Assembly: GCA_963714975.1 (NCBI GenBank) | Contig: CAVQQD010000001.1 | Location: forward strand, 1-64,000 | Source: an uncultured Gammaproteobacteria bacterium | GTDB taxonomy: Bacteria > Pseudomonadota > Gammaproteobacteria > JAURND01 | DNA: 64,000 nt | Reading direction: 5' to 3' | Part shown: piece after piece, positions 30,429 to 40,348 of the stretch | Numbering within the stretch: position 1 is the first letter of the stretch | How the letters are laid out: every line of letters begins with the position of its first letter | Position numbers and translations under genes: made by a program | The notes under the pieces: generated by a model | Told to the model about the DNA's origin: nothing | Seen by the model: the letters and a program-made list of their open reading frames with translations, nothing else | Database searches by the model: none

Positions 30429-31121
30429 CCCGGGCACGAACCTTGTGTGGTACTCCAGACCAGCCCCGGCAATCTGCAAGCCTGGGTGCGAGTCAGCACC
30501 GGACCCATCGAGCCGACCATCGCCAGCTTCGTCGGCAAGTATTTGGCTCTCGCCTATGGCGGCGACCTGGCCAGCACCGATTGGCGTCACTTGGGCCGTT
30601 TGGCTGGGTTCACCAATAAAAAACCACAGCGACGCAACGGACGCGGCTATTCTCCGTGGCTGAAGGTGCTGTACGCCCACGCTGGCTTGGCCTCTCGGAG
30701 TGGCGCTCTGCTGCAACAGGCCGAACGCGGTGTGGCTGGTCCTGCCAACCTGACGCTGCCTCCGCGCGCGGTTCCGCCGGACGTGCCCGACGATGCCGTC
30801 GATACAGACCGTTTGACGGGCCGCAAACCAACCACCGGCGCGCCCCGCAGCTATACTGCTTGGTTGCACCGACTGCGGATTCTTGAACGCTTCCCAGAGC
30901 CGGACTGGAGCATCGCTGATAAATGGATCGCTAAAGAACTGCTGCGCCGTGGCACCGCCGCGCCACAAGTCGTCGCCATCCTGCGCGACGGCAGCCCGGG
31001 GTTTCCACGTCGTCACTCCCGACCCGACGATTACCTCCGCCGCACTCTCGCCCGCGCCATATATGAACTCCAGGCCCGTCCTTTTCCTGGGCGCGAGCTT
31101 CTCCGACAATGGCAACAGTGA
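30429..31121 (+). pseudogene. RepB-type DNA primase domain protein, 5'-truncated
   Basis: VLQTSPGNLQAW, GGDLASTDWRHLGRLAGFTNKK, DWSIAD, DYLRRT. Confidence 0.75.
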
Positions 31122-31153
31122 TCCCCCCGCGCGCCCGCCCCTGTGTGGAATGA

Positions 31154-32020
31154 TCATGCCGAAATCCTCCCGCTCTCCGAGGCCATCAGGGTGCGCTCAA
31201 ACTGCACCGGCGATCGATAGTCCAGCGCCGAATGCAATCGCTTTTCGTTATAGACCTTCTCCAAGAACTCACCGATCCCCGTGCGAGCGTGTGCCATATT
31301 CCGATATTCAGTTCTGTATACCTCTTCATACTTGAGGGTCTTCATGAACGACTCACACGTGGCATTGTCCCAAGGATTCGCCTTGCGACTCATGCTGATG
31401 TCGATGCCATGCTTCTTCAACAGGTCTGTGTAATTGCCGCTGGCGTACTGCACTCCGCGGTCGGAATGATGGACCAAGCCCGGCCTCACCGTCCTCCCTG
31501 CCAGCGCCATGCGTAGTGCAGCCAGACTCAACGAATCATCCAGACCTTCGGCCAAATGCCATCCAATCACCCGCCGCGAATAGGCATCCAGAATCACCGC
31601 CAGGTACACGAACTCCTCTTCCAACCGGATGTAGGTAATATCTGCCACCCACAACTGATCCACTCCGGTCAGAGTCATCGTTGCCGCCCCATTGGGATAG
31701 ACCTTCAGTCCGTGCGCGGAGTCGGTGGTCACCACGAACTTCCGCTTCGTCACGCACAATAAATTATCTTCCCGCATCAGCCGCTGCACCCGTTTGCGAT
31801 TGACTTCCCAGCCCCGAGCTTTCAGTTCCTGGGCGATCCGCCGGCTTCCATAGCTGGGCCATTCCAGCGCGATCTTCTGGATCTCGTCGCGCAGATCCAT
31901 GTCCGCCGCCGCAGGCTTCTCCGGGTGCAGGAAACGGTAGTAGCCTGCCCGGCTAATTCCGGCCACCTCGCACATCCGGATCGCACTCAACCGGGTCCCG
32001 GTCTTCACTTCTTCCTCCAC
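31154..32020 (-). CDS. IS3-family transposase OrfB
   Basis: YGSRR, WVADITY, LDAYSR, HSDRGVQY, DNA.CESF..LK.E, RLHSAL. Confidence 0.95.
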   Translation of the reverse strand: MEEEVKTGTRLSAIRMCEVAGISRAGYYRFLHPEKPAAADMDLRDEIQKIALEWPSYGSRRIAQELKARGWEVNRKRVQRLMREDNLLCVTKRKFVVTTDSAHGLKVYPNGAATMTLTGVDQLWVADITYIRLEEEFVYLAVILDAYSRRVIGWHLAEGLDDSLSLAALRMALAGRTVRPGLVHHSDRGVQYASGNYTDLLKKHGIDISMSRKANPWDNATCESFMKTLKYEEVYRTEYRNMAHARTGIGEFLEKVYNEKRLHSALDYRSPVQFERTLMASESGRISA

Positions 32021-32346
32021 CTGCCCGTAGAAGGCGCGCCGTTGTTCAGTGCCCGCAGCAGGCGCTGCTCCTCGACATGCTGCAAGGCTCGCTTTAAAAA
32101 ATCGATTTCCATAGCCTGTTGGCCGACCTTCCGTTCCAGTTCGGCCACCCGGCTCTCCTCGGCGCGCTTCTTGCCCACACCGCTGAAGGCGTGCTCGCCG
32201 TGCTCGTGCAGTTCCCGGCGCCAGCGGTGCAGTTCGCTTGGATTCACTTCCAACGCGCGGGCCACCTCGGCGATGCTCTGTCCACTGTTCAGCCGGCGTA
32301 CCGCCGTCTGTTTGAACTCCTTGGTGAATTTTCTTCGAGATTTCAT
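32005..32346 (-). CDS. IS3-family transposase OrfA
   Basis: RRKFTKEFKQTAV, HTH, leucine zipper; IR tggagtggacccc begins at 32414. Confidence 0.93.
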   Translation of the reverse strand: MKSRRKFTKEFKQTAVRRLNSGQSIAEVARALEVNPSELHRWRRELHEHGEHAFSGVGKKRAEESRVAELERKVGQQAMEIDFLKRALQHVEEQRLLRALNNGAPSTGRWRKK

Positions 32347-32519
32347 TTTTCCGGTTTCCCCATTCAATGATTTTTATGGGTTAACTGGTTGTCTCAAAAA
32401 TGGGGTCCACTCCACCGAGCCGACCTTAGTTCTATGCTTATGATGGTTGAACCTATCGGGAGCGCTTAAGTTCGGGTCCCCCGTTTCAGACGCTAGACTG
32501 ACTTAAGAAGCACGGAGAA

Positions 32520-33373
32520 ATGTCGATGAAATTTGTGAGAACAGCTATGCTTTTCACCTTGTTGTCGATGGTGGCCTGGGCCCAGGTCAATATAGGCGAA
32601 CAGACGCCTGAAGCGAGCGTACCATTCATCATGACCACGGTCACCACCTTTAAACTGCCCTGGCGGCTGGCCTTCCTGCCCGATGGGCGGATGCTGATCA
32701 CGGAAAAGCCCGGGGGGCTTTGGCGGTCACGCAACAGGGACAGAAGACGCAGGTGAGCAATGCGCCGGCGGTCTACTGGCAGGGGCAGAGCGGCATGCAT
32801 GGTGTTTTTCTCTCGCCGCATTACGCCACCGATCATAATGTCTATCTCACCTATGCGGCGCCGGGCGATTACGGCGGAGGGCTGGCGTTGGCGCGCGCGA
32901 AGCTGAATCTCACCGCCGCGCCGCCGGCGCTCGAAAACTTCGAGGTGCTGTGGCGGCAGATGCCGACGGGCAAAGGCGGCCAGGAGGGCGCGCAGGTCGC
33001 GTTCTCGCCGGATGGACGGTATCTGTTCCTCACGGTTGGCGACCGTCAGCGGTTCACTCCCGCTCAGGATCCGAATCAACCGGAAGGTAAGATTTTGCGG
33101 CTGACGCTCGATGGTAAGCCGGCAGCCGGCAATCCGAACTACGGCAAAACGGGCGCAGCCACCGTTCCCCTGATCGATCCGCCTCGAGATACGGAAGCGG
33201 CCAAGACCGCGAAGGTGGTCAGCAACTATACGTTTTCCGGTCCGAACCTGACGCCGGCTGAGACCTGGGCGAGCGGGGTCCGGACGCCGTACGGTCTGGC
33301 GTTTTCGCCGACGGGCGAATTGTGGGAGGTGGAACATGGTCCGCGCGGAGGGGATGAGTTGAACCTAGTTGAT
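32520..33373 (+). CDS. PQQ-dependent sugar dehydrogenase (YliI/GSDH-like), one frameshift, cut at junction
   Basis: Signal peptide, PWRLAFLPDGRMLITEKPG, GKILRL, GVRTPYGLAF, EHGPRGGDELN. Confidence 0.9.
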
Positions 33374-33704
33374 TGATTTGTACCCTAATGCGCTCCACCA
33401 GTTTATCTAATCCCTCATCTTGCTCTCCTTGAGTCAGATTAAAATGACGCACACAGTCCAATTGTTGAGAAATTTCAATTTCAGTACGGCACTGAATAAT
33501 TCTGTTTAGGACTTTAGCAATAAATTTTTTATTTCTAGTATCTGTTTCATGATCGTGAAGATAATAATCCATGAAACACCCGATAATATAATTTTTCATC
33601 ACAGCCAGTGTGGGGTGTTCTGTGATGGGTCCCCGATTCTCTGGGTAGAGATCCTTATTTTCCCTTTGATCCGTTTGGCTAGCTTCATAGTCATGTAGTT
33701 TCAT
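33374..33704 (-). CDS. Hypothetical protein, 3' end cut at junction
   Basis: RBS aggag before ATG 33704; AT-rich ORF running into the GC-rich segment. Confidence 0.5.
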
Positions 33705-33910
33705 AAAGTATTCTCCTATCATTGGGGTTGATGGAATATTAGGGAACCTAACTACCCTAAACAGGTCTTTACTCTAGAATAATTGAGGGCAAAAAAATGT
33801 CCCGTGAACACCGGACTTCTCTTCGCATGGGGTCAGCATTATAATGATTGCCATTGCTAGCTTCTCTTAGCCATAACGCTTATTGGGCAACCTACGCAGG
33901 AGGATCTGTC

Positions 33911-34514
33911 ATGAATAACAACTTATTATCCATCGGCGTTGAAACCTTAGTAAATTTACCCTGTTATGTTTTTTGGAAAGATAAGCAAGGGGTGTACCTA
34001 GGATATAATGACTTCGGAGCGATCAATTTGGGTTATAAAAATGGTCAGGAAATCATTGGAAAAACAGATTTTGAGCTTTTCCCAAAATCTATCGCCAAAA
34101 TTTTTAGGGGGAATGACGACGCGGTGTGTACCGAAGAAAAACCTGTATGTGTCCCCGAAAAAGGCGTGCTTAAAAATAATTATTCCGTGGTATTTTTGAG
34201 TTATAAGATGCCACTTTATGACCCCAACTTTCAATTGATAGGTATAGCTGGAGTCGCTTTTATCCATCCTGCCTGCGACATTCAATGCGCTACCAAAGAA
34301 AACGATGATTCTCTGGCTTCTTCACTATCCAATAAAGAGCGAACCTGCTTGCAGTATTTATGCCAAGGAATGACGCTTAAAATGATTGGAAAAAAATTAG
34401 AAATTTCCCCAAGAACCGTTGAAACCTATTTAGAAAGATTCTAAGATAAAAACCAACACCCACAACAAAGCGCAGCTAATCTCTATGTTCACTAAAACAT
34501 CAAGTCAGCTTGTA
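33911..34514 (+). CDS. PAS plus LuxR-type HTH transcriptional regulator (frameshift near the end)
   Basis: VFWKDKQGVYLG.N, IIGKTDFEL, LSNKE..CL, GMTLK.IGKKL.ISPRTVETYL. Confidence 0.88.
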
Positions 34515-34518
34515 GAGG

Positions 34519-34944
34519 CTAAGCAATCGACATAACAGGAGATTCTTGCTGTTCAACACCAGCTTTTTGGGTTCGCTTTTTAGCCTTGCGGGTTGTGCTA
34601 AGTTTTTTGACCCATTGCTTTTCCAATTGCTGCGCCAATTTTTTCTGAGCCTTGAATTTTTTAAAATCAGCTTTCAGAGTTGCAACGCCTGCTTTTAATT
34701 CGGCTAAGTCGTTAGCCATGGTCTTCGCCTTGGGGGATGGCAATCGTTGGCTTTTCGCGGATTTATCTGCCTTAGATAGCTTCAATGACTTGGTCAAGCG
34801 GGCCACTTCTTTTTCAGCGCTTGCAATAGCTTTCGGATAGGCTTTTTCAAGCTTCGAATAACCTGCTTGAATACAAGCCTCCAATTGAGAAATGGGTTGC
34901 CTCCACAAAGAAGTTTTAGAGGAACTCTTCACTTTCTTGACCAT
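34519..34944 (-). CDS. Lys/Ala-rich basic protein, AlgP/histone-like
   Basis: Strongly basic coiled coil; LEKAYPKAIASAEKEVARL resembles the AlgP N-terminus; co-oriented with HU. Confidence 0.5.
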   Translation of the reverse strand: MVKKVKSSSKTSLWRQPISQLEACIQAGYSKLEKAYPKAIASAEKEVARLTKSLKLSKADKSAKSQRLPSPKAKTMANDLAELKAGVATLKADFKKFKAQKKLAQQLEKQWVKKLSTTRKAKKRTQKAGVEQQESPVMSIA

Positions 34945-34974
34945 AGCTGGATTCTCCGACAGGTTTAGGGGGTG

Positions 34975-35289
34975 TTATTTTTTAGCAGCTTTTTTCTTAG
35001 CGGCCGTGGGTTTCTGAGCCATCATCGCCTTAATTTTAGAGCTGACCCGAATATAAGGCAGGGTAGCTTCTGGAATTTGTATGGCTTTCCCGGTGGCTGG
35101 ATTACGACCCGAACGTGCCGCACGTTTCTTGACACCAAAGGTCGCAAACCCGGGAAGTGCCAACACCTCATGCTGCAAGAACACATGTTGTAGCGTATCG
35201 AGCACTACGTCGACCGTGCGCGCGGCTTCAGCTTTAGAAGATTGAAGTTGTTCGGCAATGTGCGCAATAAAATCAGTTTTTTTCATCAA
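34975..35289 (-). CDS. HU family DNA-binding protein with Lys/Ala tail
   Basis: GFATF..KKRAARSGRNPATGK.IQIP. Confidence 0.93.
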   Translation of the reverse strand: MMKKTDFIAHIAEQLQSSKAEAARTVDVVLDTLQHVFLQHEVLALPGFATFGVKKRAARSGRNPATGKAIQIPEATLPYIRVSSKIKAMMAQKPTAAKKKAAKK

Positions 35290-35564
35290 AATTTTCCCTC
35301 GCGTTGGTTAAACTTCCCAGTTACAGATTGATCATTGATTGGCGCAAGATAAACTTTTTGAAAAAAATTGTAAAGGACTATTTGGTGAGCTTTCTATATT
35401 ATTTCATGTCCTCATTTTAAGGGAAGCGGTACCCACTTACGCCCTAGCCCCAAGAGGGCCGAGTCTGCCTTTAACTTAATGATATGCGCCATGGTGAGAA
35501 GTGTATTTAAGTTGTATTATGATCAGCCTGGATCCACACACCTCCCAAAAAGGAGACTTGAATT

Positions 35565-38067
35565 ATGAATGAGCCACCCAGTGAGCAAACGGAAAAAGCG
35601 AAAACCTCAAGTGTAGATGAAGATATTGAGGCTGAAGTCCCCCGAGGCAATGGCACTACCTTAAGCCACAGAATATTTTAAAATCCTTTTATTTATTTTA
35701 CGTAGCAATTTTTCTTTTTCGATTGCTCTGTTTCTCTTCAAGGCTGGAAATGGTTTCGGTCTTTGCTTGACTAGCCTGGGCTCCACCCTATCTGGTCTAT
35801 TTCCAACTTTGTTTTGCACAATTAATTTTAACATCTCAATATACATTTTATGGTTGCTCACCTGATTTGAGCTTATAAAATAAGGAATAAATTCATTTAG
35901 TAGCTGCACACTTCCCTTAAAGCTTATTTCCCATGGATTAACGCCATACTCATAACAAGCTTTTGCTATAATTATTCTGATAAAATTATATGCTAATAAA
36001 TGAATTCCTATTTCTTTTCTAACCATTTCTGGTGTTTTGCACGATAACATATCCATATTCATGATACTTTTAATACTTCGCAAATTAAGCTCCACCTCCC
36101 ACCTTCGCTTATATATTTGGGCAAGCTCTGCTTTGTGGTATTTTTTGTCTAAAAATGTTGTAACGTATATGTGGCCTGATACTTTAAATTCCCGTATGGA
36201 AATTTGATCGGGGTATGCCTCATATTGCTTTTGTGTCATCCATTCCGGTTTCTGTGGTTTCTCCCAGTTGACAATGTGATCATTTTTACCCAATTTTTGT
36301 CCCATTCTAAAATCATAATTCCTTTGACTTTGTCCGCGAAAAACACCATCAGCTCCTATTTTTTTTAAGTCCGCCATAAGAAAAAAATTGGGGTAATAAC
36401 GGTCACCCAGCACAATATCGTCGGCTTTAATGCAGTTTATAATTTCTCTTAATAATGAGATTTCTCCTGTGCCCTTTCCTTTGTGAGCCCCTATTGCATA
36501 ATCTATTACGGTTCCCCGCGTCAGTGACATAACGGCTACTATTCGCGCCATAGGAAATCCAGCCCCTTTTTTCTGATTACCATGCTGAGGAAATTTTTTT
36601 TGATTAGCTTTTGTATCCGACATTTTGACGGTAGATCCATCAAATGCTTTTAATTCTCGGCCATAGACTTTCCATCTCATTGGAATAGATTTCAAAGGGA
36701 AAGCTCCAGATTCTTTAACTAATGCCTTCACAGTATCTTCAGGCAATCGCTTTCTGGCCTTACAATAGGGGCCAGTATTTGAGCTTATTTTATTCTGCTT
36801 TTTTTTTTTACTATGCAGCTGCTCCACAACAACACCAGCAACCGCTTTTTTGCAGGATTTATCTGGATTTAAAACTTGTTTAATAAACGTAAATAAGGTT
36901 TTGGTGGGGCTATATATCCGGTCACGATATTCCCGGCACTCTCTAAGTATCTTCTGACATTTTTCTGAATTCAATAGGTTTAACAGGAAAATGTCTGGTG
37001 CACCATCAGCCAATTCTTGTCTTTTATTTTTAACTTGCTTAATTTTATTTTTCTTTTTAAAATTCACAGATCAGTTTCCTTTTTTTATTATTGTGTGTTT
37101 GCTACAACAATAATATTAAATTTGGAAACTGATTTCATCTTTTTTCATCTAAATCATAGGCTTATATTCATCTTTGCTCCTTAAGGTAGTGCCATTGGTC
37201 CCCCGAGGATGTAAGTGCCCTATTACCAAAGCTATCATGCGTGATCCTGTTGTAGCTGCTGATGGTCATACGTATGAAAAATCTGCAATAGAAGTGTGGT
37301 TTGCAGCTGGCAATAATAAGAGCCCCATGACAAATGAAACTTTAGCGCATAAATTCCTGTTGCCTAATTATAATACTAAGCAAACTATTGCAGAATACTG
37401 TGAGCGTAACAAAATCACTTTACCCCCAATAAAATTTGAGATTCCAAATAAAAATACACAATTACCTTTAGAACAGGACATTCCAACCGTTGAAAAGAAA
37501 AAACCAAAAGAGCCAGAAATTCTTACACCCCCAGTTAAATCGCAGGCGAGAGAAAACGCCACTGGACAAAATGAAAGTAAAAAGCCTAGCTACTCATTTC
37601 GCTGGAATTCCCCCTATTTACTCTATCCAAGCATCATAGGAGGCATTCTTTTAATAGGTTGGGTCCTGACAAGCCGAGGTGGTAGCAAAACAAGTGCTCC
37701 TTTTTCCTGGAAAGAAGCAGCAAGTATGCTGGGAGGTGCCGCATTAGCCACGGGCAGTGCAATCTCATTAATCTTTAAAAACGTGGCAGAAGGGAAACGA
37801 CATAAGACTGGGAATAAAGAAGAAGAAAAACGTGGTTACAGAGAAAATAAACAATTAGGAACAGATATTTTTTTTAAATTTTATGAAAAAGCCGAGATAG
37901 AAGTTTGTAAAAAATATAAAATACACCCCCTGGAAACTGACTCAGAATTAAGATTTCGCTTGGGAAAGGAAAATTATGAGCAATTAATTAAGGTTGAAAC
38001 TAAAAAATTAGTTGAAGAAGAAAATAAATTTCGTAGGAATTTTATGCCACAATTTAGCACGACATAA
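35565..38067 (+). CDS. U-box domain protein (candidate E3-ligase effector) interrupted by IS4
   Basis: RBS aggag and ATG 35565; removing the IS gives EAEVPRGCKCPIT..MRDPVVAADGHTYEKSAI..W..SPMTN..L.PN; two hydrophobic segments. Confidence 0.88.
35648..37197 (-). mobile_element. IS4-family element, complete
   Basis: 18-bp IR caatggcactaccttaag; 11-bp duplication gtcccccgagg at 35637-35647 and 37198-37208. Confidence 0.95.
35661..37067 (-). CDS. IS4-family transposase
   Basis: YCKARKRL, FDGS, GDRYY, YKRRWEVELNLRSIK (YREK motif). Confidence 0.94.
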   Translation of the reverse strand: MNFKKKNKIKQVKNKRQELADGAPDIFLLNLLNSEKCQKILRECREYRDRIYSPTKTLFTFIKQVLNPDKSCKKAVAGVVVEQLHSKKKKQNKISSNTGPYCKARKRLPEDTVKALVKESGAFPLKSIPMRWKVYGRELKAFDGSTVKMSDTKANQKKFPQHGNQKKGAGFPMARIVAVMSLTRGTVIDYAIGAHKGKGTGEISLLREIINCIKADDIVLGDRYYPNFFLMADLKKIGADGVFRGQSQRNYDFRMGQKLGKNDHIVNWEKPQKPEWMTQKQYEAYPDQISIREFKVSGHIYVTTFLDKKYHKAELAQIYKRRWEVELNLRSIKSIMNMDMLSCKTPEMVRKEIGIHLLAYNFIRIIIAKACYEYGVNPWEISFKGSVQLLNEFIPYFISSNQVSNHKMYIEMLKLIVQNKVGNRPDRVEPRLVKQRPKPFPALKRNRAIEKEKLLRKINKRILKYSVA

Positions 38068-38171
38068 ACAATCAATTTAAAATTAACCATTGATTTAAAG
38101 TTTTTGGCATGATACTTTAAAAAAATACTCAATACCCTCCTCAAACACCAATTATATTAGTAGGAAAAAAA

Positions 38172-38846
38172 ATGACAGAAGAAAATCAAACCCCCAAAAA
38201 TCCAACCTCAGCCACTTCAACCTCACACACGAACATTGTTCAGCTGCTATCTACTCCTTCTGGAACCCCCAATCCTCAGCCGTTTAGTGTAGAACAAACT
38301 CAACTGGGTGGTGGCGCTAAAATAAAAATAGATGGAATTGACTTAAACTTGGGCTATGCTACTTCGGCTACTCATGTGGGTACTTCAGACCCTGCTAAAG
38401 GGCTAGGAAGTTCAAATAATCCTGCATTGAATGAAGTAAAAAAACAACCCAAGGAAGACTCAAGCACGTTCGCTTATATCAAATCAAGCTTAGAAATCAC
38501 TAAACTTGGCACTGGTATTGGCAATGACCTCTCCTCAGCTAGATTTCACTTTATTCAGGCACGAGAAGTTGAACGAGATGGTTATAGAAAAGACAAAAAA
38601 GCTGCTTCTGACCAAGAAGAAGTAACTTACCAAAAAGCATTAAAGCGTATTCATAACGCCTATGCACAAAAAGACGAGGATTTCATTAGCTTTCGGAATC
38701 GAATGGAGCAAGAAGAGCCTGGGAAGTTGGAAAGATTAGTTAAAGCGGAAATAAAGAGTATTAATGAAGCCGTGCAAACCATGGTACATCAAGATGGGAA
38801 AGATTTTAATAAGTCAAGACCATCCACAGCATGTTTAATGATGTAA
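38172..38846 (+). CDS. Hypothetical candidate effector with C-terminal CaaX motif (CLMM)
   Basis: Low-complexity N-terminus; ends STACLMM*; C-half resembles the U-box protein C-terminus. Confidence 0.7.
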   Translation: MTEENQTPKNPTSATSTSHTNIVQLLSTPSGTPNPQPFSVEQTQLGGGAKIKIDGIDLNLGYATSATHVGTSDPAKGLGSSNNPALNEVKKQPKEDSSTFAYIKSSLEITKLGTGIGNDLSSARFHFIQAREVERDGYRKDKKAASDQEEVTYQKALKRIHNAYAQKDEDFISFRNRMEQEEPGKLERLVKAEIKSINEAVQTMVHQDGKDFNKSRPSTACLMM

Positions 38847-38910
38847 AACAGATACTTGTAGAAAAGTACTGGTTTAACAAATAAATAGCTATATCGAACA
38901 GTTACAGTAA

Positions 38911-38956
38911 TAAAAAAAAGGCTCCCACCCCGAAGTAATTTTCTTCGGAGTGGGAG
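38911..38956 (-). terminator. Intrinsic terminator
   Basis: ctcccac.ccgaag / cttcgg.gtgggag stem followed by a T run on the minus strand, between convergent genes. Confidence 0.8.
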
Positions 38957-38962
38957 GTGAGT

Positions 38963-39349
38963 TTACCGCTGCAAGGTTTGAACGATCAAGATCGCCGTAG
39001 CCATAACACCTGGTAAAGACGCTAGCAAAAGCCAGCCTGCTTTGAATCCGTAATCCAGAAATCGACTACGTAATTCACTGCGGACTTGCTCTCGCATCCC
39101 CAAGCGTTCTTTCACGGCAGACATATCTTTTTCCAAAGAGGAAAACCGTGAATTCATTCCCGCTTTAAGCTCGGAAATTTCACGGTGCATTTCGGAACGA
39201 AGTCCCGTAATTTCCCGATGCATCTCCTGTTTTAAGCTCATGATCTGCTCGACCACACGAGTAATAGATTTATTCACCGACATATCAATTTTAACCTCGA
39301 TCATTTCAGTTTGCAGTTGAAAAAAAGACTTTGCTGAATCAGGGAACAT
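38963..39349 (-). CDS. Coiled-coil protein with 11-residue repeats and C-terminal membrane anchor
   Basis: LKQEMHREITG/LRSEMHREISE repeats; hydrophobic C-terminus. Confidence 0.7.
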   Translation of the reverse strand: MFPDSAKSFFQLQTEMIEVKIDMSVNKSITRVVEQIMSLKQEMHREITGLRSEMHREISELKAGMNSRFSSLEKDMSAVKERLGMREQVRSELRSRFLDYGFKAGWLLLASLPGVMATAILIVQTLQR

Positions 39350-39350
39350 A

Positions 39351-39767
39351 TTATACCTTCCCCCTATCAGAAAAGGCAGCACTTTCTCGCAACAACGCTA
39401 GGCAGCGCAAGGATTCGGTATCGAAAGGCATCCAAACGCCATCCCGATACCAAGCCGTAACCGCCTGAAGCTGACAATGCAATCCCAGTATATGCTTAGG
39501 ATCTTCCTCGGCCCGTCCGCTATGGTAAAAGCCAAATTTTTGATACGCGGCTTTAAATAACAATTCTACGGTATGCTGCTTCATCCGCGCTTGGTAGAGC
39601 GGATCGAGAATTGTCAGCAACGCCAAATTGTCGACGGTACACTGCAAGGTCACTTCTTCGAGCTTCCCAGTCAAGCGAATATGCACCACAATCGCTTGTT
39701 GCTGGGTGATCTCAACTAAATGGCCCCGACCCACAAAGCCTAAATTTTGTAACTGGTTCATCAACAT
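39351..39767 (-). CDS. ICE-associated hypothetical protein (possibly STY4534/DUF3577-like)
   Basis: RBS aaggag; lies behind ssb with a shared leader motif; family call is weak. Confidence 0.45.
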   Translation of the reverse strand: MLMNQLQNLGFVGRGHLVEITQQQAIVVHIRLTGKLEEVTLQCTVDNLALLTILDPLYQARMKQHTVELLFKAAYQKFGFYHSGRAEEDPKHILGLHCQLQAVTAWYRDGVWMPFDTESLRCLALLRESAAFSDRGKV

Positions 39768-39789
39768 TTCTCCTTAATAAAATGAAAAA

Positions 39790-39845
39790 GGGGAAATGTG
39801 AACCCCCGAGGGGAAATCAATTTCCCCTCGATGGGTGGGTTTAAC
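39790..39845 (-). promoter_or_regulatory. Structured leader motif, copy 1
   Basis: aaacccaccc-cgaggggaaat/atttcccctcg-ggggt-cacatttcccc. Confidence 0.65.
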
Positions 39846-40252
39846 TAGTTCAGAGATTTCGCTTCTGACAATTCAGGACAATCCTGAGTCGCAGCGGCTT
39901 CAATCTCTGTATCCGCTGACGGTCGATGGTTTAAGAGTTGGAACTCTTTGGCATAGACTGCAGTGTCATAACAAGGTTTCGAATTTTTATCCACCCAAGA
40001 GCTGGTTCGCAGCTCTCCGATGACATAAATTCGATTGCCTTTTTTCAGGGTGGTTTGTGCGGCTTTAGCTGATCCGTTACTCAAATAAACCGTATGCCAT
40101 TGGGTATCTTGCTGCGGATGCCCTTGGTTATCGGTATAGTGTCGCGTCGTCGCTAAAGAAAGCCGCGTCAAAGGCCCCTTGATTTTTGTTGCTAGCACCT
40201 CGGGATCTTTGCCTAAACAACCTAATAACATCACTTGATTTAAATACGCCAT
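39845..40252 (-). CDS. ssb: Single-stranded DNA-binding protein
   Basis: LNQVMLLGCLGKDPE, LATT, TQWHTV, LKKGNRIYV.GELRT..W. Confidence 0.93.
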   Translation of the reverse strand: MAYLNQVMLLGCLGKDPEVLATKIKGPLTRLSLATTRHYTDNQGHPQQDTQWHTVYLSNGSAKAAQTTLKKGNRIYVIGELRTSSWVDKNSKPCYDTAVYAKEFQLLNHRPSADTEIEAAATQDCPELSEAKSLN

Positions 40253-40288
40253 ATTTTCCTCCTAGGAATAAGTTACGAAAAATCCATT

Positions 40289-40348
40289 GAGGGAAAAATG
40301 TCGACCCACAGGGGGAAGCACATTTTTCCCCGCCTGGGTTGGTTTACC
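40289..40348 (-). promoter_or_regulatory. Structured leader motif, copy 2 (upstream of ssb)
   Basis: aaaccaaccc-ggggaaaaatgt-ttcccc-tgggt-acatttttccc. Confidence 0.65.

Noticed and set aside
29250-31157. 635-aa IS1634 transposase with a novel N-terminus
   Set aside because: The N-terminal part is the antisense of the primase fragment; breakpoint at about 30428
33219-33722. 167-aa ORF as a complete protein
   Set aside because: Its C-terminus is the antisense of the PQQ dehydrogenase across the junction
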